From a virus (lineage: Duplodnaviria; Caudoviricetes): DNA of 30,066 nt. This document shows positions 15,979 to 25,051 of the stretch, piece after piece; position 1 is the first letter of the stretch; each line of letters begins with the position of its first letter. The translations under genes were made by a program, and so were the position numbers. Under the pieces are notes generated by a model that worked only from the letters and a program-made list of their open reading frames with translations, was not told the origin of the DNA and ran no database searches. The stretch lies in IMG/VR virus record IMGVR_UViG_3300014155_000007, positions 1-30,066 of that record; one strand, given 5' to 3'.

Positions 15979-18000
15979 TTAAACATAAAACGGTCTAAAC
16001 GTCAATGTAAGGTCACCCACACCGCCGTCTTCATCTACCCGTATAGTAATGAAGTGATAACCAGAATGATTTGGCATCCGCTTTGATCTCATCCATTTGG
16101 ATTGTGTTGACAATGCTCCACCGCTTACTGCATGAATATTACGTTCAAAGAAATACCCTTGTTTGTGGCTATGGCCCATGAGGAGCACATTGGGCTTTGT
16201 TCCTCCTGTGAAGCTCTCTATAAGCTTCTGAACCCGATAACTATTGTGCGTCCAGAGCGTTTTCCCGTTTCTTCTAACTAAAATAAGTCCGTTAGGTACT
16301 TCGCAGCAATATACTCGCCCCGTATAGTGAACAATCGATGGTGCGGTATTAACGGTTGGTGTTGTTTGCACAGAGGTTATAGTAACCGTGTCACCACCCC
16401 TCGTGAACGTTACCTTATGTCCTAATTTAATCGCGATTTCGCTAAAATCTTCCAACAATCTTTTGCTTATAGACCTATAACCGAATCCTGACGGTCTGAA
16501 CCATCCGTCTCCTTTAATCATTGTGTCAAACACGATTTGTAGGACGGATACATCGCAATCTTTTAACCACTTGGGGAGATACTTATTAGCACTCAAATGT
16601 CCACATTCCGACTTTAAGAACTCTGCTAGTTCTGCGCTATGGATTGTTATGTTCTTCTTAGAGAAGCTATACCCGCAACCGAGTCTTTCTGCCAAATCCA
16701 TCATCGCAGAATAGTTTTCAGGATTAACATCTTCATACTGGGATAGAGTAATGTTATATTTCCCAGCGTGACCTTCGGTTACATACCACGCCATCAATTC
16801 TGCCATATCATCAATCGGAACGTCACCAAAATGATATGGTTTAACTCCCGTATTCTTAGATACTCTTAATGGAACATTGATGGTTTCTGGGGTTGTTCCT
16901 TCCCATCCGCTTGAAACTTGTGTAAACTGCCATTTCTGTCTGCCGTATTCTTTAACAATATCAATTGCATCTTTCCTGTGCCACTCGGTGTTTAATCTGA
17001 TATGCGATTTGGTGGGGTACTCCATTGATTCGGTGTCCATTCTGCGATAAGTGGCACACTCAGAAACCCTGGTCCACATACCATGATTAGGCGTTACTAA
17101 ACAGTCTACGCTTCTCGCCTTAAAGTGGACCATATCCCCGTCATAGTGCTCATCAGCGATGTTTGTTGGATTCTGCCACTCAAATATATGGTCAGCTTTT
17201 GTCATCGTCGCAACACGGTCTGTCTCTTTTAAATCCTTAAACAATTTCCAACCATCACTGGTCATTATCCCTGTTTTATCATCAAAACAGGTCGCGTATG
17301 AGCTTCCGTCTTCCCCGTGGAAAACGAGTATTGAGACTCCTCCGACCTCAATAACCCCTTCATCGCGCCCGATATACTCAGCATTTGGGACATTGCGGCA
17401 TACATCTTCTACGATGTGCGCCCCCATTGCCTCATACCATCTATCATGGTTTCCGGAAACCAAATATGTATGGAAAGGTATCTGTAATAATTGTTCCTCG
17501 GCATATTCTTTCTGCGCTGCGTATCCAATATGCTTCAGCTCGTAAAGCAGGTTATATTTCCGTGCGTCCATGCCATGTGTTAGGTCGCCACCGAACACAC
17601 AAAACTGGGCGTCCCGTTCCTCGCACATTGCTATGAAATCATCTAGGAACTCCTCCCTGTAATAGATCGATGACATATGAGTGTCAGTAAAGAAACCAAA
17701 TCGTATTTCTTCCCCAGTGAGGCCTCGTTTTACTTTCGGGGGTGATACAGAGAATTTTCCGAGCCCTTTCCCTGCGTTTAGTGCCTTTAATTCTTCGCGG
17801 GAGTACTTGTCGCTAATCTCTTTTAGGTAACGGAACTCGGCTTTTTGTTTTCTGTACTCCTGCTGCCATTTCATCTTGCCTTCGTGCTCTCTTTCCCGAT
17901 TGGTTGAGTGATACTCTCGGCCTTCTGCTCGGCAGGCGGGACACGTTTTATACTCTTCCGATTCAAACGGTTTACGGCAGCGAGAGCAACGTCTTGTCAC
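15979..18000 (-). CDS. Calcineurin-like metallophosphoesterase with N-terminal Zn finger, interrupted by an intein
   Basis: Motifs DTH, GDLTHG, GNHD, FHG and GHSH; N-terminal CSRC...CPAC. Confidence 0.9.
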   Translation of the reverse strand: MTRRCSRCRKPFESEEYKTCPACRAEGREYHSTNREREHEGKMKWQQEYRKQKAEFRYLKEISDKYSREELKALNAGKGLGKFSVSPPKVKRGLTGEEIRFGFFTDTHMSSIYYREEFLDDFIAMCEERDAQFCVFGGDLTHGMDARKYNLLYELKHIGYAAQKEYAEEQLLQIPFHTYLVSGNHDRWYEAMGAHIVEDVCRNVPNAEYIGRDEGVIEVGGVSILVFHGEDGSSYATCFDDKTGIMTSDGWKLFKDLKETDRVATMTKADHIFEWQNPTNIADEHYDGDMVHFKARSVDCLVTPNHGMWTRVSECATYRRMDTESMEYPTKSHIRLNTEWHRKDAIDIVKEYGRQKWQFTQVSSGWEGTTPETINVPLRVSKNTGVKPYHFGDVPIDDMAELMAWYVTEGHAGKYNITLSQYEDVNPENYSAMMDLAERLGCGYSFSKKNITIHSAELAEFLKSECGHLSANKYLPKWLKDCDVSVLQIVFDTMIKGDGWFRPSGFGYRSISKRLLEDFSEIAIKLGHKVTFTRGGDTVTITSVQTTPTVNTAPSIVHYTGRVYCCEVPNGLILVRRNGKTLWTHNSYRVQKLIESFTGGTKPNVLLMGHSHKQGYFFERNIHAVSGGALSTQSKWMRSKRMPNHSGYHFITIRVDEDGGVGDLTLTFRPFYV
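16243..17289 (-). mobile_element. Intein (349 aa) with LAGLIDADG homing endonuclease
   Basis: Starts CFDDKTGIMTSDGWK and ends YTGRVYCCEVPNGLILVRRNGKTLWTHN, with Ser at +1. Endonuclease blocks LMAWYVTEGH and FDTMIKGDGW. Confidence 0.92.
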
Positions 18001-18024
18001 ATTTCACCTCTTTTTATTAGCTTT

Positions 18025-18309
18025 TCAGTCACAAAAGATCGGAGGTTCATCATAGCATGCAATTGCCGGGTCGTCTGTATCTACGTCTCTCGGCCATGTT
18101 TTTGCTATATAAATCTCTTTAATGCGTTGATCTTGGTAACATTTCATAGCATTATATGGATGCACTGGCAAAGCTGTTGGCATCATTACAAGGTAGCCCA
18201 AGCGGCCTGCATAACGAAGGTTTAATGTATCCCAGTCTGGTTCATTAGCTCCGTCCCATTGATAGACTAGACGGTAAAGTTCGTCTGACCTAAACCTTGC
18301 TGGATTCAT
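18025..18309 (-). CDS. Hypothetical protein (probable ATG start at 18309)
   Basis: Same-strand ORF filling the gap after TerL; TATA-like TATATAAA at ~18355-18362. Confidence 0.5.
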   Translation of the reverse strand: MNPARFRSDELYRLVYQWDGANEPDWDTLNLRYAGRLGYLVMMPTALPVHPYNAMKCYQDQRIKEIYIAKTWPRDVDTDDPAIACYDEPPIFCD

Positions 18310-18390
18310 TTTTAGCCTAATTGTATAATCACCCTGGCGCAAAAACAACTTTTCTTTATATACTCGCTTGCCTGCTTGTGGAATTCGTAC

Positions 18391-19674
18391 TCAGAATGCA
18401 AACCCCCTTCCGCCTCTAGGTTTTACAACGATAGGATTAACTCCATGTGGCTGTCTCCTTTTTAATATCGTGTACGTGTAGATGGCATATCTCGTAGCGT
18501 CCATTAAGTGATCAAACCCGCGTTGTTTATCAGGAAGCTCTTGTACGTTGCCGTCTCTGTCCTTCTGTCGCACGTAGCCCTGTATCTCTTTTAGGAAATT
18601 CATCGCTCTAGGATTTACAATAATCTCTAACTGTCTTACCACGCTTATTCCATCCAGAACATCCTTTTTAGCAGGATATACGTTTAGACCGGCTTTTTTC
18701 ATTTCGGTAATAAGCTCCGGGCGTGCCGTATCACAGTACATCGGAATCATGCGATGCAAACGCTTGTCCACTATGTGCTCATCCAGTTTTTTCTTTATGG
18801 CCCTGATAAAGTCCACGTTGAGCGTTTTGCTGCAATATAATTCGTCAATAACGTAGAGCTGCTTTTCTTTTATGCCAAGCAAGACAAATGCATTGGGATG
18901 CTCCCAGCCGAAGTCTACGCCGCAGATCGTGGCCTCGTAATCGTTGTAATCATAACCAAACAGCTCATCGTGATAGTTTGAATACACCTGATTCTCGAGC
19001 CTGCCCCATTCGCCTAGTGTATATACAGTGTAAAGATTGGGATCCTTTTGGCTTTCGAGCTTTTTGACAAACTCAGCATCTAGGAAAGCATTGTCCTTGT
19101 AGGTGTAGCGCTGGATATCTACATCACTATCGCTTTTACGTTCAACAAAGAAATAATTATAAATCCAGTTATTGATGTTGATCGGGTTAAAGGTTAAGAT
19201 TAGTTGTCTATAGTTATCCTTAAGCGGTTGGCCTCTGAGGCGCAGTTCGAGCATTTCAAAGACTTCTTGGGTGGTGTCGTTGGCTGCTTCTTCTATCCAG
19301 ATCGTGTCGATATCGGTAAGAGATTTAAGGCGGTCTGCTGGTTCTCCTAGTGAGTGAACGATTGGAATACATTCGATAATTGAGCCGTTCGGGAATGTGA
19401 GGGTCATAGTAGTTTGGTTTATCGAACACGGTATTCCTTTGTTTTCTATGTGCTCTATTAGATACCTAAAGCAGGATCTACGTAACCAGATGCCGTGTTT
19501 GCGGAATACTACGATATGACTCTTTGGATATTTGAGGGCCCGTATAATCACTTTTTGTACGACTGCGTATGTCTTGCCAGCAGCAGCAGAGCCATAGACG
19601 ATTAAATAGCGAGCATGTGAGTTGAATACTGATTCAAAGCTAGGTTGCGGCCACTCGGAAAGGTCTATGTCCAT
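18391..19674 (-). CDS. terL: Terminase large subunit, PBSX family
   Basis: Walker A GSAAAGKT, Walker B IWIEEA, LTFNP, and nuclease motifs GVDFG and DHLMDATRY. Confidence 0.95.
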   Translation of the reverse strand: MDIDLSEWPQPSFESVFNSHARYLIVYGSAAAGKTYAVVQKVIIRALKYPKSHIVVFRKHGIWLRRSCFRYLIEHIENKGIPCSINQTTMTLTFPNGSIIECIPIVHSLGEPADRLKSLTDIDTIWIEEAANDTTQEVFEMLELRLRGQPLKDNYRQLILTFNPININNWIYNYFFVERKSDSDVDIQRYTYKDNAFLDAEFVKKLESQKDPNLYTVYTLGEWGRLENQVYSNYHDELFGYDYNDYEATICGVDFGWEHPNAFVLLGIKEKQLYVIDELYCSKTLNVDFIRAIKKKLDEHIVDKRLHRMIPMYCDTARPELITEMKKAGLNVYPAKKDVLDGISVVRQLEIIVNPRAMNFLKEIQGYVRQKDRDGNVQELPDKQRGFDHLMDATRYAIYTYTILKRRQPHGVNPIVVKPRGGRGFAF

Positions 19675-20141
19675 TAAGGCTCTACCTTTGGGTTTATAGT
19701 AATCTTAATCTCGCCGTCGTGTTCTATCTTAACGTCTTTCCTGTCCAGCCCCAAGATCTGCATAAACTTATCCACGCCAAGCTCCCAGCGTTTTCGTGCT
19801 TCCTTTGAGCCTATATTATCTGACTGCATGCTTTCAAAAGCTTTATTGGCTATTTCAAGAGCTTCTTTTGAACGCTGATCTTTGAACTTTAGTATTCTTT
19901 TTTCTAAGGCTTGCAGTGTTTTCTTTTGCAGATAATCATCATATGCCTGAGCTCGTTTTACCCAGTCGTACTTAGCGCTGTACCGTTTCAGCTTGCTTAA
20001 ATTTGGTACCTCACCTGTACCTAACTTGCTCAGTTTTTCGAATGACCGTATAGCCCCCATATCCCGGTATTGGCAAAAAAGAGAGAATGCTCTAGCCCGC
20101 TCGTTAGGTAGCCGTTCCCATAATTCAGTGTGGTGCGGCAA
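19674..20141 (-). CDS. terS: Terminase small subunit
   Basis: WERLPNE...AF..F..YRDMG..RS...W..RA.AYD pattern, C-terminal KIEHDG, and TAATG coupling to terL. Confidence 0.8.
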   Translation of the reverse strand: MPHHTELWERLPNERARAFSLFCQYRDMGAIRSFEKLSKLGTGEVPNLSKLKRYSAKYDWVKRAQAYDDYLQKKTLQALEKRILKFKDQRSKEALEIANKAFESMQSDNIGSKEARKRWELGVDKFMQILGLDRKDVKIEHDGEIKITINPKVEP

Positions 20142-20206
20142 TAGATTCTCACCGATATAAAGAAGTTTGCTGAAAATTAGGCACTTAAAATATTAAAGGG
20201 CGTCGA

Positions 20207-20389
20207 TTAGCCTGCGAAAAAGAGTCCAATAAGCACAAGTGCGACGCCCGCCATTGCTCTGATGTACCGCTCGCCGTCGAACCATACTGAATGAAACTGG
20301 CCATGTTGGAGGAGTGCGCTGCCTACTCCGTCAATGGCGATTCCGACTCCAATAGCTATTATTATCCCGTTTATTAATGTTAAATTCAT
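20207..20389 (-). CDS. 60-aa two-TM membrane protein (holin candidate)
   Basis: Two hydrophobic segments separated by a polar loop. Confidence 0.55.
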   Translation of the reverse strand: MNLTLINGIIIAIGVGIAIDGVGSALLQHGQFHSVWFDGERYIRAMAGVALVLIGLFFAG

Positions 20390-20392
20390 ACC

Positions 20393-20626
20393 TCAAGCCT
20401 CCCGTTTTCCTTTTTCGTTAAGTTCGTACAAGTTTGTGCCATTTTCGCCTTTTGTGACCTTTAAAACACGCCGCATCCTCAAGCCTCTAATGCTGCCATC
20501 AACCCACGATTCCGCGATGTCTAGGGCTTCTGTGATTTCTTTTTTCGTCATTGGTCTGCCTGTTCGAGCGAGTAATTCCCACAGATTAGCCTGCCCCAAT
20601 TTGCTCACCTCACTAATGATTTCCAC
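20393..20626 (-). CDS. Winged helix-turn-helix protein
   Basis: PMTKKEITEALDIAESWVDGSIRGL...LKV...NLYEL. Confidence 0.75.
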   Translation of the reverse strand: MEIISEVSKLGQANLWELLARTGRPMTKKEITEALDIAESWVDGSIRGLRMRRVLKVTKGENGTNLYELNEKGKREA

Positions 20627-20964
20627 TTAGGTCTGGCCTTTATTCGTTCATTCCAAGTCGCTGCGTCTTCTACTACATGCTCGTTATATGACCTATAATC
20701 CTGCAAATGCCCGATAAAGAGATGATGGTTAGCGCCGAGTTTGCCGCGTTCGCATAATGTAATCAGATTTGAGGGCTCCATTTCAAGCTTGGGATACCAC
20801 TGAACCGGCTTAATGTGGTGTGCTACGTTGTCTCTCTTTACGGCATCGCAAACTGCACACTCTGGGTGCATTTTTAGGTGATTTCTCCTTAGTTTGTCCC
20901 AATCTGGATTTCGCGTAAACGTGGCTAGTATTAGCTTCTCTCGTCGTGTCGCGGCGGTCGTCAT
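20605..20964 (-). CDS. HNH endonuclease, packaging-associated (HK97 gp74-like); start moved to ATG 20964
   Basis: HPECAVC...AHHIKP...SNLITLC...H; close to terS; ATGA coupling with the upstream small ORF. Confidence 0.85.
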   Translation of the reverse strand: MTTAATRREKLILATFTRNPDWDKLRRNHLKMHPECAVCDAVKRDNVAHHIKPVQWYPKLEMEPSNLITLCERGKLGANHHLFIGHLQDYRSYNEHVVEDAATWNERIKARPKWKSLVR

Positions 20965-21101
20965 TTTGATGCGCCTGTGATTTTCTCGATGTATCGGCTC
21001 GCGAACTCCGGACACCAGCCGAGAGCGTCAATGATCTCTTGCTTCTTGCATATGCCGTTGACGTAGTCTTTGCAGGGGATGCAGGCGCTTGTAGGTTTCA
21101 T
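20961..21101 (-). CDS. 46-aa Cys-rich protein (not in ORF track)
   Basis: MKPTSACIPCKDYVNGICKKQEIIDALGWCPEF...; ATGA overlaps at both ends. Confidence 0.65.
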   Translation of the reverse strand: MKPTSACIPCKDYVNGICKKQEIIDALGWCPEFASRYIEKITGASK

Positions 21102-21925
21102 TCTGTTTCCTCCGAAGATGCAGGAGTAAACTCCATTTCACAATTACAGTTTATTGCGTTGGCTTCGCTTCCATCTCCAGGAAAGTCAACCTCTTCGTCC
21201 ATTACCGTGAACGGCTCCCCGACTGGCACCGATTGACCGTCAGCATCCATATGCGCCTCTCGTGAGTTCTCGAATGTACAAATCCACACCTTTTGCATGC
21301 CTGGCGCTGCGTCTTTCATCATCTCGTTTGTCGCGTAGCCGCTTGCCTGATGAATCTCCGTGCGTGCGATTGTCCCTGCTCTTCCATCGCTGTAATCAGG
21401 GAAGCGGTCGGTTATATCACTGACAATCTCGTCAATGCTCTTCCCGGCCTGTGCATCGTTTCTTAGGAGGCCCGACATCCACCGCTGGTCCTCGTCGAGA
21501 ATGCCATCAATCTTCTGGGCGCCCTTTTCACGCAGGTATGTGTCGACTAGGTCCTGGAAGTCGAGGCTTGACTGAACACCGGTAATGTCGTTTACAAAGA
21601 CGCTTGCTTCGATCGTCGCTCCTTCGTACGCATTGGAGAGAGCATTACGCCATAGCGGCGCCGTTGCTACGCCAATTACCGAGAGGCCCGCGACCATCTT
21701 TGCCACGGTGGCGGGAGGCACAAGTACAGTTTTAGCTACTGTTTTACCTGCCTTGACTGCCGCAGCCTTTTCGAGCTTGCCATGCCGCCGTACGAGCGCG
21801 ATTATTTTGGGTAGTTGTACATCATATACTGAGTGCAGGATCATTGTCTTGTGCCGCGCTACCATGCGCTCCATTGCTGCGCGGTGCGTCTTGTAAGCCG
21901 GTTTCTGCTTTCGTCTCGGTGGCAT
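21098..21925 (-). CDS. Minor head protein (SPP1 gp7 / MuF family)
   Basis: RAGTIARTE, KVW....SREAHMDADGQ.V...EPF.V and FPGD....AINCNC motifs. Confidence 0.92.
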   Translation of the reverse strand: MPPRRKQKPAYKTHRAAMERMVARHKTMILHSVYDVQLPKIIALVRRHGKLEKAAAVKAGKTVAKTVLVPPATVAKMVAGLSVIGVATAPLWRNALSNAYEGATIEASVFVNDITGVQSSLDFQDLVDTYLREKGAQKIDGILDEDQRWMSGLLRNDAQAGKSIDEIVSDITDRFPDYSDGRAGTIARTEIHQASGYATNEMMKDAAPGMQKVWICTFENSREAHMDADGQSVPVGEPFTVMDEEVDFPGDGSEANAINCNCEMEFTPASSEETE

Positions 21926-22351
21926 TTAGCGTTTCTTGGCTTTCTTGTCAGAATCCGATTTTTCTCTGACGAGGTCTTCTATAACGACTTGTGCCGAACC
22001 AGATTCCTTCGGGGCTTCTACAATGGGTTTGTCAGTGATGACTAACTTGCTCCACGTAGCCTTCACGTCTTGCGTGAGACCTTTCAGATCGTTCCATGTA
22101 ACCTCACGGTCTGCCACGTTGACCAGCCACAAATCCGATCCCTGCACTACCAAGTAGTTGCCATCAGGCACCATCCAACATCTATCGTCCGGTTGCATCC
22201 ACCATTCAAAGGTTTTGGTCCGGTCGATGTGTGTGTTTATGCGTTTGCCCTTTTCAGTCCTGACCAGATCAATCTGATACAGCTGAATAGGGTTTTCCTT
22301 CGAGTTCCTGACTGACAGCTTCGTCAGTGGTACTTTAGGTTCTTCGTTCAT
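21926..22351 (-). CDS. Hypothetical protein
   Basis: Abuts the MuF gene; GGAGG RBS. Confidence 0.55.
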   Translation of the reverse strand: MNEEPKVPLTKLSVRNSKENPIQLYQIDLVRTEKGKRINTHIDRTKTFEWWMQPDDRCWMVPDGNYLVVQGSDLWLVNVADREVTWNDLKGLTQDVKATWSKLVITDKPIVEAPKESGSAQVVIEDLVREKSDSDKKAKKR

Positions 22352-22355
22352 TTTA

Positions 22356-22553
22356 TTATTCCTCCTTAAGATAATAGCCGATTTGGCAGTGGTCGTGCAT
22401 CATGAGCTTTCGACCTACCTGCCTTTTCTTGATCAATTTTCCCAGCATATTTCTGCACGCCCTGACCGTTGAGCCGGTCGCTTTGGAGAGTTCTCTTGCG
22501 GTGCACGCCGTTCCGATCTGCCGCATAATGTCGCAATACTCTTCTGCTTTCAT
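22356..22553 (-). CDS. Small winged-HTH protein
   Basis: TARELSKATGSTVRACRNMLGKLIKKRQV. Confidence 0.7.
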   Translation of the reverse strand: MKAEEYCDIMRQIGTACTARELSKATGSTVRACRNMLGKLIKKRQVGRKLMMHDHCQIGYYLKEE

Positions 22554-22574
22554 ATGTCTTATGAAGTTATGAGG

Positions 22575-22718
22575 TTATGAAGCAATCATACAAAGTTCAG
22601 GCGGAACGAGCAGCAGGACGTGACATGAAGGGCACATTACGCCTTCTTTCTCCGCTACCTGACTTCCTATTACATAGTTGTCCATCTCAAACTCAACCAT
22701 GCATGCGGAACATTGCAT
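22575..22718 (-). CDS. 47-aa zinc-ribbon protein (3' part of track ORF 22575..22907)
   Basis: MQCSAC...VMCPSC; starts just after the upstream stop. Confidence 0.65.
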   Translation of the reverse strand: MQCSACMVEFEMDNYVIGSQVAEKEGVMCPSCHVLLLVPPELCMIAS

Positions 22719-22723
22719 TCGTG

Positions 22724-22954
22724 CTAGCGTGCTGGACCTCCGAATGTTTGTTTTGGATTCCCGAACGTTTCTGGCTCTGGAGCCTTGAACGTGGCCGGTT
22801 CCACCTCTTTCGGTTTTTGCGCGATGACGATGAGCGTGAATTCCGTGAACTGCTTGAGCCCCTCGTCCCTGTCTTCGCCCTTCGCGAGCGCGCTGATCGT
22901 TTCCCATAGTTCGGGATACGTCAGTTCATTAAATTCGAGCTTTAGTATTTCCAT
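22724..22954 (-). CDS. Hypothetical protein
   Basis: 76-aa ORF that fits the minus-strand tiling. Confidence 0.55.
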   Translation of the reverse strand: MEILKLEFNELTYPELWETISALAKGEDRDEGLKQFTEFTLIVIAQKPKEVEPATFKAPEPETFGNPKQTFGGPAR

Positions 22955-22975
22955 AATTGTGTCATCCTACCCTAC

Positions 22976-23062
22976 TTAGCAATGGACAAACAAGTGATAT
23001 GCCGCGATGTATAAGATGATTAGAGCCTCGCAGCAGACCGCCATTGAGATGTCCTTTAACAT
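22976..23062 (-). CDS. 28-aa hydrophobic single-TM peptide
   Basis: MLKDISMAVCCEALIILYIAAYHLFVHC, preceded by GGAGG...GGTGAGG. Confidence 0.5.
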   Translation of the reverse strand: MLKDISMAVCCEALIILYIAAYHLFVHC

Positions 23063-23100
23063 CCTCACCGAATCCCTCCTTTCATTTTTGGAATGAAGCG

Positions 23101-23175
23101 GGCGTGAACCGGAGGGTCCCGAATCAAGAAAAGCAGCAATGAGGTGCCAACTGTTTTTCTTTTCCCGTTCACGCC
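23101..23175. other. Intergenic nested inverted repeat (possible structured RNA)
   Basis: Outer stem ggcgtgaac/gttcacgcc; inner stem aagaaaagcag/ctgtttttctt. Confidence 0.55.
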
Positions 23176-23186
23176 TGTCGCCTTCC

Positions 23187-23996
23187 TTAACTTTTTGCGA
23201 GTTCGCTCTCGGCGGCGATGACCTCACAATCGCTGAAGTATTTCGCTATGTATGCTTCGGGGAACAACCCCATTCCGCCCGTAAACTTGCCGAACGGCGC
23301 GCCCCATGTCACGTCCCACGAGTTGAGCACCTTGTAATAATGGTTCGGCGTGTATCCAAAGAGCATCATGCAGTGTCCGCCTATCTCCTGTTGTCTGGCC
23401 GGTGGCATACTGACGGTTCCCGTAGGGCCCACTGTCTCGAACTGCTGCCAGACAGGCGTGCCGAAAACTACAGGAAGTTTCGTTACTCCGAGACAGTGGC
23501 GAATGTTTGCGATCTTTTGTGCCGAACTCGTGCCGTCGAGTAGGTAGAAGTTCGTGGTTTCGGACTTGGTTGCGTCGGAAGCGACAGCGAAAGGTATTGG
23601 ATTGTCGAAGTCTGCGGTCGGTTGATACGGCCATAATGCTTCATGCGCTACGCCATATTTGAGCGTGGCCTGTATGCCAGCTCTGATCGTAGCACCATTG
23701 TCCCCAGGGTAATAACCGCCGATAATTCGGGCGTTTTGATACACCTCTTTTCTGCAAGCTACAAAATCAGTGCCAGTTCGCGCTACCTGTAACGCTTCGA
23801 ACGCGGATGTGACTCCGTGAGCGACGCATGATCCTAGTTGACCTTGATCCTTAACGCGAAGTATGAGTGAGCTGAGGTCCGCGCTCGTCGGTTCGGGCAC
23901 GGCTCCGACGCCTGCTACCTCTTCGTAGAGATAGTCGTTCTTGTCTGGAAACTGTTTCCGCCACCCATAATATCTTTCTGTCATTTGTTCCTCCAT
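23187..23996 (-). CDS. Papain-family (C1A) cysteine peptidase
   Basis: DQGQLGSC (oxyanion Gln and catalytic Cys), GGHC (His) and NSW..TWG (Asn) are all intact; no signal peptide. Confidence 0.92.
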   Translation of the reverse strand: MEEQMTERYYGWRKQFPDKNDYLYEEVAGVGAVPEPTSADLSSLILRVKDQGQLGSCVAHGVTSAFEALQVARTGTDFVACRKEVYQNARIIGGYYPGDNGATIRAGIQATLKYGVAHEALWPYQPTADFDNPIPFAVASDATKSETTNFYLLDGTSSAQKIANIRHCLGVTKLPVVFGTPVWQQFETVGPTGTVSMPPARQQEIGGHCMMLFGYTPNHYYKVLNSWDVTWGAPFGKFTGGMGLFPEAYIAKYFSDCEVIAAESELAKS

Positions 23997-23998
23997 CT

Positions 23999-25051
23999 TT
24001 AATTTAGGTTAAGTTCGTCCTGAGCCCACGGCGTCCATGAGGATGTCGGGACTGCTGCATTCGGCAAACCGGTAAACCGCCTTACCCAATCTGCGCCCAT
24101 CGTTCCGATAGGGGTAACGCCGATAACATGAACTTCGAGCACGCCATTGACGTAAGCCGCCATTGGCATGGTTCCTGGAAATGCTATTCCGCCGAGGGAG
24201 ACCCACGGGCTTGTGTTCCGTTTCCACCACAGCGCTTTATCCGACCCGATAACAAACTTATCTGTGGTTCCATTGTTCGTGATTTGGAATATCTCGGAAG
24301 CGAGCGTGACTTTTGGCCCCGGCGTTGGTGTAGGCGTTGCCCCGCCCAAGCGAGTTTTAAGGTCACGCATGTCCGCGGGCCAGGGGACTTGCATTTCTTT
24401 AATGGCATCTGCCCACTTTTGGACTGTGGCGCTCATGCTTGTACCGATCCCCCACCAGAGATGAAAACCACCGAAGCGGTAGCCCGCACTTACAAAGTCT
24501 GAGGCTAGTTGAAGGTAGATGTCCGATTGAACAGGCATCCATGCGCCGATCATGATCCCCACCTCGCGACATCCGACTTTCGCAGCGTGAATCATAGCGT
24601 TTAGGCAGTCGTCATGAACAAACGTAGCTGGGAAGTTATAGGATTCAATGTAGCTGATCACGCCATATTTGCCGTTTGCCGTGAAGCCTAGATTGCCAAA
24701 GCTGTCTTGATTGGGCTGTAAGCCCTCACCGCCAGCGTTCAGGAACGCGATGTATTCCTGTGCTATAATCTCTTCCTGCGCGCCGGTTGATTCCCCTCCG
24801 GCCGCATCGTAGCCCATGTTCGCCAACATTTGATACACCTGCGCTGGATCGCCGCCGCCTGCCGTTGACGTGCCGTCATTACCTCCAAAATAGATAGGCG
24901 ACATCCCTCTGGCTTTGCATTGATTGACGAAATCCTGGGACACATGGTCGGTTCCGTGACCGTTCACGCAAGCGTCCATAAAGCCCATACTTTTACAGTA
25001 ATCGAGGCCACTATAGTCCTCACCAGATATTTGATATGCTACGCTATACAT
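23999..25051 (-). CDS. Putative glycoside-hydrolase-like domain + PT linker + lectin-like (PLL/fucose-lectin type) Trp repeats
   Basis: Alternating alpha/beta N-terminal domain with GGE and YIESY, a TPTPTPGP linker, then FVIGSDKALWWK...WVSLGG and a second degenerate repeat. Confidence 0.5.
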   Translation of the reverse strand: MYSVAYQISGEDYSGLDYCKSMGFMDACVNGHGTDHVSQDFVNQCKARGMSPIYFGGNDGTSTAGGGDPAQVYQMLANMGYDAAGGESTGAQEEIIAQEYIAFLNAGGEGLQPNQDSFGNLGFTANGKYGVISYIESYNFPATFVHDDCLNAMIHAAKVGCREVGIMIGAWMPVQSDIYLQLASDFVSAGYRFGGFHLWWGIGTSMSATVQKWADAIKEMQVPWPADMRDLKTRLGGATPTPTPGPKVTLASEIFQITNNGTTDKFVIGSDKALWWKRNTSPWVSLGGIAFPGTMPMAAYVNGVLEVHVIGVTPIGTMGADWVRRFTGLPNAAVPTSSWTPWAQDELNLN

